A stretch of 37,822 nt of DNA from a virus (Duplodnaviria > Caudoviricetes). This document shows positions 7,509 to 14,109 of the stretch, piece after piece. Where the stretch lies: IMG/VR virus record IMGVR_UViG_3300038379_000443, positions 1-37,822 of that record; one strand, written 5' to 3'. The notes under the pieces were generated by a model that saw nothing but the letters and a program-made list of their open reading frames with translations, had not been told where the DNA came from and ran no database searches. The translations under genes and the position numbers were made by a program. The first letter of the stretch is position 1. The number at the start of each line of letters is the position of its first letter.

Positions 7509-7706
7509 CTAGGTGGTCTTCTCCTTCCGGTCGGTTTGGGCGTACGCCCCGGGGATGCGGAACTCGATCGTCTGCCCGAGCCTCATCCGGAGCCTGTCGC
7601 GGGTGGCGGGTGTGGAGGGGAGCTCGATCGTGATGTGCAGGGTCTCGCGGCGCCCTTCCCCGGCGATGAGCTCCCACAGTCCCGTCATCCGTCCGGTCTC
7701 GATCAT
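7509..7706 (-). CDS. Hypothetical protein, 65 aa
   Basis: Strong SD TAAGGAGG before ATG 7706 (MIETGRMTGLWELIA...). Confidence 0.7.
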   Translation of the reverse strand: MIETGRMTGLWELIAGEGRRETLHITIELPSTPATRDRLRMRLGQTIEFRIPGAYAQTDRKEKTT

Positions 7707-7728
7707 CGTCGCCCTCCTTACTGGCGTG

Positions 7729-7993
7729 TGCCGTGGAAGTTGCCGTGGTTCGTGTCCCGGCGGGCCCCGAGAGCGGGTCAGCGGCGGCAACTGGTTCCCC
7801 GGCTGATTCCGGGGGTGTGCAGGGCGAAAACGCCCGTGTCGGGACGGGCCGGGACGTACCGGTATCGCTGTCTACTGCCTTTGCAAGGCGGAGGCCACGG
7901 GTTCGAATCCCGTATCCTCCATCCGATGAACAGTACGGTTCCAGGATCACGACCGGGACCCACCCCTCTTACTTGCCGTTGAAGTTGCAACGG
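7729..7993. mobile_element. attP with arm-type integrase sites
   Basis: TGCCGTGGAAGTTGCCGTGG (7729-7748) and TGCCGTTGAAGTTGCAACGG (7974-7993) flank the tRNA-derived core; CGGGAC repeats 10 bp apart at 7840 and 7850. Confidence 0.8.
7875..7921 (+). other. attP core = 3' half of tRNA-Ala(UGC); not a complete tRNA
   Basis: Anticodon stem CTGCC/GGCGG with TGC at 7882-7884, T-arm ACGGG-TTCGAAT-CCCGT, acceptor strand ATCCTCC-A with U70 and A73; no D-arm or 5' acceptor strand upstream. Confidence 0.9.
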
Positions 7994-8397
7994 TCTGGGC
8001 GGTATTCTGACCGGATGACGCCTCCGTCGATCCTGCGGTGATCATCCTGTCGAACAGCCTGAGCGCCGACTGCTGCGGCTCCGCCACCGTCGGCGCGAGA
8101 ACCTCCCGCGCAGCGGCCCACGCAGCGTCCGCTGCGCGTCTGGCGGCGGTGCCGACCAGGCGCGGGATGAACGGCTTCAACATCTGCCGGTTCTCGTCGT
8201 CGAGGGCGTCGTTCCACGAGCGGCCGAACGCGGCGAGCACCGGCGACACGCACTCCGGACTGTCACTCCATGGCTCGCCCGCCACGTACGCCGCCGCCTC
8301 GAGCAGACACATCTCCTGGCCGCCGGGGTTGTGCGCTCCCCTTCGCGAGTGGCCGTGCGCACACCTCAGCGAGCCTGTCCTCAAACACCGTCGCCAT
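7947..8397 (-). pseudogene. Frameshifted and probably internally deleted conserved actinobacterial phage protein
   Basis: SD AAAGGA plus ATG 8397 (MATVFEDRLAEVCARPLAKG) is out of frame with GAHNPGGQEMCLLEAAAYVAGEPWSDSPECVSPV...; the shift is at the C4 run 8338-8341. Confidence 0.6.
7979..8008 (+). promoter_or_regulatory. Putative integrase promoter TTGAAG-N18-TATTCT
   Basis: Sigma-A-like hexamers pointing at int; the -35 lies inside the right arm site. Confidence 0.4.
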
Positions 8398-8411
8398 TGG
8401 GAGGTCCTTTC

Positions 8412-9530
8412 ATGCCGTCGTTGATCCAGGAGTCGTGGCGGGCCCGCAAGCCGTGGCGGGTCGACTGGTGGGAGCGCGGCCGCCAGCACACCCGCCGCTT
8501 CGCTACAAAAAGGGAAGCGATGGCGTTGCTCGGTGATATCGCCCGCGGCGCGCACTCCACCGGCTCCCACATGACGCTCCGGCAGTGGTCGCCGAAGTGG
8601 ATCGACACGCACGGCCGGGAATGGGAGGCCGGCACGGTGAAGGAACGCTCCGAGACGATGGACCGGTACGTCCTGCCTCACCTCGGAACGACCCGTCTGC
8701 GGGACCTCTCCCGCCGCCTGGTCCGGGAGTGGCGCACCGGGCTGCTCGAGGACGGCGTCACCACCTACCGTGCGCAACGTTCGACGTCGATCCTGTCCGC
8801 GTGTCTCGGCGCCGCCGTCGCAGACGACATCATCGACGCGAACCCCTGCGCCGGGCTCAAGGCCCTCACCTGGAAGCGCGCGGAGCACGACCCGATCCCC
8901 GTCGACCACGTCGAGGCGGTACGCGCCCGCATCACCTCGGCGAGCGGGAGGGCGTGCGTGTCGCTGATGGCGTACGCCGGGTGCCGCCCGTCGGAGGCGA
9001 TCGCCCTGCAGTGGCGTGACGTGACCGAACGGACCGTCACGATCCGCCACGGCGCCCGCGCCAGCGGCGAGACGAAGACCGGGTCGGTCCGCACCGTCCC
9101 GATCATCGGTGTCCTCGCCGACGACCTCGCCAACCTCACCCGCGGCGAGGACGAGGAACTGGTCCTCGGGATCCGCAACTGGGCGAACTGGCGCGGACGG
9201 GTCTGGGGGCCCGCCGCCGACACTGCGAAGGTGACGCTCCCGCCGAAGATGCTGCGGCACACCGCCGCGAGCCTGTGGATAGCGGAGCACCGCACCAGCC
9301 GCGAAGTCGCGTACCTGATGGGGCACAGCACCCCCCGCCTGATCGAACGTGTCTACGGGCACCTGTTCGCCGAGGCGCAACTCGACCCCGACCGCCCCGA
9401 CATCCACGCCGCCGCCGCGAACGCCCGGCGACACGCCCAGACCGCCGCGGCGTCGAAGAAGAGGGCGAAGGGCGATGGTGGTCATGCGGCCTCGGCTTCC
9501 CGTGCGGCGAGGACCCGGCGGGCGGCCTGA
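8412..9530 (+). CDS. int: Tyrosine integrase
   Basis: SD GGGAGG plus ATG 8412; arm-binding N-terminus (WRVDW...RRFATKREA); GCRPSEAIAL, ETKTG, PKMLRH, MGHS, VYGH. Confidence 0.95.
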   Translation: MPSLIQESWRARKPWRVDWWERGRQHTRRFATKREAMALLGDIARGAHSTGSHMTLRQWSPKWIDTHGREWEAGTVKERSETMDRYVLPHLGTTRLRDLSRRLVREWRTGLLEDGVTTYRAQRSTSILSACLGAAVADDIIDANPCAGLKALTWKRAEHDPIPVDHVEAVRARITSASGRACVSLMAYAGCRPSEAIALQWRDVTERTVTIRHGARASGETKTGSVRTVPIIGVLADDLANLTRGEDEELVLGIRNWANWRGRVWGPAADTAKVTLPPKMLRHTAASLWIAEHRTSREVAYLMGHSTPRLIERVYGHLFAEAQLDPDRPDIHAAAANARRHAQTAAASKKRAKGDGGHAASASRAARTRRAA

Positions 9531-9748
9531 ACGCACGGCCCGTCGCCCATCACCCTCACCCGCGCCGGCCGACTCTGCGGGCGGTAGTTGATGTCCTGCC
9601 TGGTCGGGAGATCCATCGGGTCGATCAACCACTTGCCCGCGACCATCCTCGCGGGGATCTCGCCGCGGCCGATCATCCGCCGCACCGTCTTCTCATGGCA
9701 CCGCAGCTCCGCCGCCGCCTCCGCCGCCGTGAACAGCTTCCCAGTCAC
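9482..9748 (-). CDS. xis: Excisionase (HTH_17/MerR-like)
   Basis: LFTAAEAAAELRCHEKTVRRMIGRGEIPA...GKWLI; adjacent to int. Confidence 0.85.
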   Translation of the reverse strand: MTGKLFTAAEAAAELRCHEKTVRRMIGRGEIPARMVAGKWLIDPMDLPTRQDINYRPQSRPARVRVMGDGPCVQAARRVLAAREAEAA

Positions 9749-10050
9749 CGCGCACCCCTCCCATCGAGGAGCTGGAGCTCGCGCCGCAGTATCTGCACGC
9801 GAAGCGCCGCCCGGGCCCGCTCGAGGACGTGGCGGCCGTGGTCGTCGCGCGCCGCGACCGCCCGGGCGATCTCAACCTCGAGCACCGCGACGCGGGCGTT
9901 GCGGCGAATTGCGTACGCGTCACTGAGGGCCTTCGCGTCGCCGCGCTCGAGCGCAGCGGCGGCGGTGCGCTCCGCAGCGGCCATCGCCGCCTCGACGTCG
10001 GGGTGAAGGACACGGGCCCACACACCCGCGGGGTGCGCCGCGCCGGTCAC
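9745..10050 (-). CDS. Hypothetical helical protein
   Basis: GTGA overlaps at both ends. Confidence 0.65.
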   Translation of the reverse strand: MTGAAHPAGVWARVLHPDVEAAMAAAERTAAAALERGDAKALSDAYAIRRNARVAVLEVEIARAVAARDDHGRHVLERARAALRVQILRRELQLLDGRGAR

Positions 10051-11762
10051 GGCGCCTCCTCGTCCCCGGCATCGAGGATGGCGGCCGCGGCGGCGGCGGC
10101 GATGTCACGCACCGGTGCGAGCAGCTCCTGCGGCGCCCACCCGTCGGCGAGCGCGACGAGGAGCCGCGGGATCTCCGCCTCGAGCGGCGTGACGCCACCG
10201 TACGTGTACGCCCCGGGGATCGGTTGGTGGCGCCGGTCGCTACGCGCGACGGCGGCCTGGTCGCACAACCACCCCTCGAGGAGGTACCGGACGGCGGCGC
10301 CGATGACCTGGTCCGCGGTCTTCGCACTCATCACATCCTCAACGACTCGGCCCCACGCGACGCCGCGGGTGGTGTACGTCGTCTTCGTCACCGCCCCGCT
10401 CTTCGTCTCCCGTGTCGATTCGAAGCGGTGCTCCCGCTCGCACAGCCGTGCGCCCTGCGCGACGGTGTCCTCATAGGCCATGAGCGCGAGGTACGTGACG
10501 AGGCGGGCCTGGTCGAGGGGATGGTGATCCGCGGTGACGTTGACGAACGCTTCCGCGGCGAGCGCCGCGTTACGGATCGTCGCGTCGCGGCGTTCCCTGG
10601 CGTCCTGCTCCCGCAGGGCGGCCCGCTCGGCCTTCTCCCCATCCTCCGCTTCCGCGTCGCCGGCGGTGGGTTTCACACCGGAGCGTTTCCGGGCGGCGCG
10701 TTCGAGCTTCCCGATCTCCGCTTCGAAGCGTTGCACAAGCGCGTCCGCGACCCACTCGGGGTCGGTGAACCACCGGCCACCCCACCCGCGCCGGCTGTCG
10801 TCGTCGGCGTTGGTGACGTCGAGGAGGCACCCGTACGCGCGGGCCGCATCCACAGCGTCCTCTTCCAAACGGAGCTGCTGGTAGTACTGGGGGTCGGCGA
10901 CTGCAAGGCGAAGCCACCTCTCACCCGCCGCGTGCAGGTCGCCGAACGCTTCCCGCGCGAACCCGGTGCCGGTCAACTGCGTCTCGATCGACCCGGGGTA
11001 GCGGCCGTAGCTCGTGAAGACGCTGAACATGAATGGTGGGTCGGTGGCGGCGTCGACGGCTTCCGCGACGGCGGCTGCGGGTTCGCGCTCGAGTTCGGCG
11101 GCGGTGATCGCCCCGCCGGCGAGGGCGTCACCGACGACGCCGGCGACGGCGGGTGACACGACCGCGATCTGCTCGAGGCTCCGCGCCGCGGCGACGGGGA
11201 TCTCCCGTTGCGCCAACCGGTCACGCACCCCGTCCGGCAACTTCAGGAGCCGCAATCTCCCGGCGACGTGCTCCGGTGAGCACCCGACGAGGCGTGCGAC
11301 CTCATCGCGTGTCCGGCCCGCCGCGATCAGCTTCTGGTACCCGTTCGCCTCGTCGACCGGGTTGAAACCCTGCCGGCGGAGGTTCAACACTAAGGCGCGG
11401 GCGAGGTTCGCGTCGTCCCTGTCGTCACGCACGACGACGGGGACGTGCGTGAGGCCGAGCGCGATCGCCGCGTCACGGCGGCGGTGACCGTCGACGAGGA
11501 CGTACTCGCCGGCGACGGTGTCGCACACCAGTGGTTGCAGCACCCCCAGCTCACCGATCGACGCGACTAGCTCCGCCTGCGCGTCCGCGTCGACCGCAGA
11601 CCGCAGGTTGAAACCCTCCAACACGACGACATCCTGCGGCGCCACCGTCACCAGGACCTCACTCATCTTCGGCTTCGAATCCCGACCGCGGGACGGGATC
11701 GCCCCGGTCGGGTCCTCCGACACGTCAGCATCGACACCGGCCGCGTGCACGAGATCGCTCAT
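10047..11762 (-). CDS. parB: ParB/RepB/Spo0J-family protein with long C-terminal extension
   Basis: SD GGAGG plus ATG 11762; ELVASIGELGVLQPL, LVDGHRR, NLRRQGFNPVDEA, HTH and RLRLLKLP. Confidence 0.88.
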   Translation of the reverse strand: MSDLVHAAGVDADVSEDPTGAIPSRGRDSKPKMSEVLVTVAPQDVVVLEGFNLRSAVDADAQAELVASIGELGVLQPLVCDTVAGEYVLVDGHRRRDAAIALGLTHVPVVVRDDRDDANLARALVLNLRRQGFNPVDEANGYQKLIAAGRTRDEVARLVGCSPEHVAGRLRLLKLPDGVRDRLAQREIPVAAARSLEQIAVVSPAVAGVVGDALAGGAITAAELEREPAAAVAEAVDAATDPPFMFSVFTSYGRYPGSIETQLTGTGFAREAFGDLHAAGERWLRLAVADPQYYQQLRLEEDAVDAARAYGCLLDVTNADDDSRRGWGGRWFTDPEWVADALVQRFEAEIGKLERAARKRSGVKPTAGDAEAEDGEKAERAALREQDARERRDATIRNAALAAEAFVNVTADHHPLDQARLVTYLALMAYEDTVAQGARLCEREHRFESTRETKSGAVTKTTYTTRGVAWGRVVEDVMSAKTADQVIGAAVRYLLEGWLCDQAAVARSDRRHQPIPGAYTYGGVTPLEAEIPRLLVALADGWAPQELLAPVRDIAAAAAAAILDAGDEEAP

Positions 11763-12067
11763 AAGTCCTCCCCGTAGTTCGCGAGTAGCTCCGTCTCGAC
11801 ACACCACCGCCACAACCCGGCGGCGACGACGAACGTCGGCCGTCCGTCCGGACCCATCACCACGAGCGGAACCGTCGCACGGGCCCCTTCACGCGGCATC
11901 AGGACCGTCTCCCCCGCGACCGTGACGAAGTGGACGGGTGCGGCGGCCTCCAAGTTCTGCGCGACGGCGATCGTGTACCTCGTCAACCCGCGGCTCTCAC
12001 GGAGGCGGCTCGCTTGACGTTCGACGCTCGGCGGCCCGGGGTCATGGATTCCGCTCGCCACCGTCAC
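11759..12067 (-). CDS. Hypothetical protein
   Basis: 3' part of ORF 11759..12160; start GTG 12067 (MTVASGIHDP...). Confidence 0.55.
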   Translation of the reverse strand: MTVASGIHDPGPPSVERQASRLRESRGLTRYTIAVAQNLEAAAPVHFVTVAGETVLMPREGARATVPLVVMGPDGRPTFVVAAGLWRWCVETELLANYGEDL

Positions 12068-12102
12068 GTTCCCGGTCCGCTCGCCACCGTCACGTTCCCG
12101 GT
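12051..12102. repeat. Perfect 26-bp tandem duplication CCGCTCGCCACCGTCACGTTCCCGGT
   Basis: 12051-12076 equals 12077-12102. Confidence 0.95.
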
Positions 12103-12299
12103 CCGCGCGTCGGGATCGCGAACTGGCCGGCGGAAGGGCGCGGACCCGTACGTAGCTCACGGACCTCGATCAACTGCAGCCGGTACGGCTTCCCGTGCCG
12201 GCGGACGAATACGACGGCACCGTCGACGGCCTCTATCGTCCCCGCCAACGGCGCCTGCAACGTCTCATCCCACCACGTCACGAGCGTCCCGACGTTCAC
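12090..12299 (-). CDS. Small hypothetical protein, SH3/Tudor-like beta pattern
   Basis: GTG 12299 overlaps the upstream stop; VGTLVTWW...GTIEAVDGAVVFVR. Confidence 0.6.
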   Translation of the reverse strand: MNVGTLVTWWDETLQAPLAGTIEAVDGAVVFVRRHGKPYRLQLIEVRELRTGPRPSAGQFAIPTRGPGT

Positions 12300-12643
12300 G
12301 CCGGCACCGCCAACCCGGACCCTTTCACCGCCGCCAGGTGGCGTATCCCGTCGACGAGCGCTTCGCGCTGCCTCTCCGTCAACCCGCCGATCCGTGCCGT
12401 CGCCGGCACCATGGCGCAGCGAAGCACACGGGTGACGCGGGCAGGGCCGATACCCGGCAGCGCGTCGATCACATCCGCTACGCGCATCCGTTCCGCCCAC
12501 CACGGCACCCCACGCAGAAGCGCGACCGTCGCGATCGCCGCCGCCTGGAACGGGGCGCGGCGCATCCTGTGTTTCCAGTCCGCACGTTCGAACCGGACAC
12601 GGTTCGCTAACTCCAACGCCGCGAGCTGCTTCTCCCGCGCCAT
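12296..12643 (-). CDS. mihF: Actinobacterial integration host factor-like protein (mIHF/sIHF, H2TH fold)
   Basis: QLAALELANRVRFERA...MRVADVIDALPGIGPARV...RIGGLTERQREAL parallels mIHF AALEKA...RA...MKVSALLEALPKVG...LRGLGDRQRKAL. Confidence 0.8.
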   Translation of the reverse strand: MAREKQLAALELANRVRFERADWKHRMRRAPFQAAAIATVALLRGVPWWAERMRVADVIDALPGIGPARVTRVLRCAMVPATARIGGLTERQREALVDGIRHLAAVKGSGLAVPA

Positions 12644-13021
12644 CACGACAACCCCCCGACCGCCGCCGCCGCCAACGCGACGAGGGACAACCCGGCGGTC
12701 ACACCCGCGGCGAACAGCCCCACCGCCCGCGCCAACCACGACGCCCGCCGCTCACCCGCACTGCTACAGGCCTGCTGGTATTCGCATGCCGCGTCGACCG
12801 CCCGTTCGAGATCCACGATCGACCCGGACGTGTTCCACGCGCGCATCGCCGCGGCGACCGCACCACGCGCCTCCACGACCCGCCGATGCGCGTCACCTAC
12901 GCCACGACCGGCGGGTTCGTCGTCGTCGATGGGGATGCGGCGCAATCCGGTGAAGTCGATGACGTCACCCACCGCGACCACCGCGATCCCGGTGCTGCCC
13001 GGTCTCCGCCCACGTCGCCAT
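12643..13021 (-). CDS. Hypothetical membrane protein; start 12981, or 13021 with a frameshift at 12968-12970
   Basis: C-terminal hydrophobic helix; the coupled ATG at 13021 joins the ORF if one G is removed. Confidence 0.55.
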
Positions 13022-13227
13022 CACGCCGCCGCCGGGTAGCTCGTCATCAACGACTCACGCAGCTCACGCAGCTGCGCGTCCGTCACGTTCAATGCACGGA
13101 CGGCGAGCGCGACGCCGTCCAGAGCGCCGACCAGCCGACCGCGCGCTTCGACGAGTTGCTCCGCAGCCCTGTCCAAGTGGCCATACGGGGACAGCGGCCG
13201 ACCCGGACGGGAGTATGTCCGAGGCAT
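13021..13227 (-). CDS. Hypothetical protein, 68 aa
   Basis: SD AAGGAG upstream; follows the cro-like gene. Confidence 0.7.
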   Translation of the reverse strand: MPRTYSRPGRPLSPYGHLDRAAEQLVEARGRLVGALDGVALAVRALNVTDAQLRELRESLMTSYPAAA

Positions 13228-13230
13228 GAT

Positions 13231-13548
13231 CTAGTCTCCTTCGTGCTCGACGGGGTCGGCGCTTCGCTTCGCGGCGGTGCCGACCCCGTTGCTTTTCCCA
13301 CGACCGGTGGGAACGGGAGTACCTTCAGACTCATGGATGAGGTCGCCGAATTGCACGCCGAGCGCATCCGCGATCGCTTGTGCAGTGTCGATTCCAGGAC
13401 GCGACCGACCCGTTTCGATCCTCCACCACGTCACTCGGTCGATCCCGGCGAGTTCGGATGCTTCTGTGATCGACAGGCCACGTTCATGTCTTGCGTCTCT
13501 AACTGCGGAGGCGAGATCTTGTGTGATTGCAAGACTGCAATGAGTCAT
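13231..13548 (-). CDS. Cro-like XRE HTH regulator
   Basis: VRDARHERGLSITEASELAGIDRVTWWRIETGRSRPGIDTAQAIADALGV; divergent from the repressor. Confidence 0.9.
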   Translation of the reverse strand: MTHCSLAITQDLASAVRDARHERGLSITEASELAGIDRVTWWRIETGRSRPGIDTAQAIADALGVQFGDLIHESEGTPVPTGRGKSNGVGTAAKRSADPVEHEGD

Positions 13549-13584
13549 GAGTGCAAGCTAGCACCTGACGTTGCGTGCGCGCAA
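13527..13584. promoter_or_regulatory. Three operator-like palindromes (TGC-N6-GCA) over the divergent promoter region
   Basis: TTGCAAGACTGCAA 13527, GTGCAAGCTAGCAC 13551, TTGCGTGCGCGCAA 13571; minus-strand TTGCGC-N18-TAGCTT ends 6 nt before ATG 13548. Confidence 0.65.
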
Positions 13585-13611
13585 GGGCTCGAAGTGAATA
13601 TCTTCGGCGTG

Positions 13612-13998
13612 ATGAGCGAACCGTCGCCTCTCTGGGTCCGTCTTGTCGCCATTGTGGGCACCGACGATCCCATGGAGATCGCTTACAAGGCTGGCGTCTC
13701 GTACCCGACGGCTACGCGTTGGCGTTCCGGTGTCACAGGACGGCAGAAGGGCCCGCACGTAGCGGACCTAGTAGAGATCTCGGAGAATTTGGCGAAGACC
13801 ACTGGGAAGGCCTTCACCCTCGGGCAGCTCTGGGGAACGGAGCCACTACCTGCCTCTGTTGTGGCTCCTGTCAGTCCTGAGGCCGCGGCGGCCGACCGTC
13901 TTGCCGCTGGTCTTGAAGGAGGAGGAGACCAGCCTCAGCGGAGCGGGCGAGGCGGCGGCCAACCTGGGAAGAGTCGCCGAGGCGCGCGGACCAAGTGA
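13612..13998 (+). CDS. Putative immunity repressor (HTH with low-complexity tail)
   Basis: EIAYKAGVSYPTATRWRSG...P...L HTH; divergent from cro; no SD, probably leaderless. Confidence 0.7.
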   Translation: MSEPSPLWVRLVAIVGTDDPMEIAYKAGVSYPTATRWRSGVTGRQKGPHVADLVEISENLAKTTGKAFTLGQLWGTEPLPASVVAPVSPEAAAADRLAAGLEGGGDQPQRSGRGGGQPGKSRRGARTK

Positions 13999-14065
13999 GC
14001 ATGAGCCTCGCTACATCCTGCACCGCTTCCCGCTCCAAGACGTCTGAAGGAGGGTCATCACTCAT
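13871..14065 (-). CDS. Possible 64-aa gene antisense to the repressor 3' end
   Basis: MSDDPPSDVLEREAVQDVARLMLTWSARL...; TACCGT -10-like hexamer 7 nt upstream. Confidence 0.35.
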   Translation of the reverse strand: MSDDPPSDVLEREAVQDVARLMLTWSARLGDSSQVGRRLARSAEAGLLLLQDQRQDGRPPRPQD

Positions 14066-14109
14066 GGGCGCCACGGTACCGCATTCCTCATCGCCGCTCG
14101 CCGCGCACA

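Noticed and set aside
7840-7925. Complete phage tRNA-Ala gene
   Set aside because: No D-arm, no 5' acceptor strand and no CCA; it is an att core.
7391-7950. 5' part of the 456-aa ORF crossing attP, suggesting a gene split by integration
   Set aside because: GIRTRGLRLAKA is the typical antisense translation of a tRNA 3' half, and the frame overlaps the better-supported 65-aa gene.
7947-9632. 561-aa minus-strand ORF spanning the integrase
   Set aside because: Mostly the antisense frame of int; only the last 130 or so codons look like a real protein, which has its own SD and ATG at 8397.
12886-13611. Long N-terminal extension of the repressor (370-aa ORF)
   Set aside because: Overlaps cro and two other genes in antisense; the HTH begins after ATG 13612.
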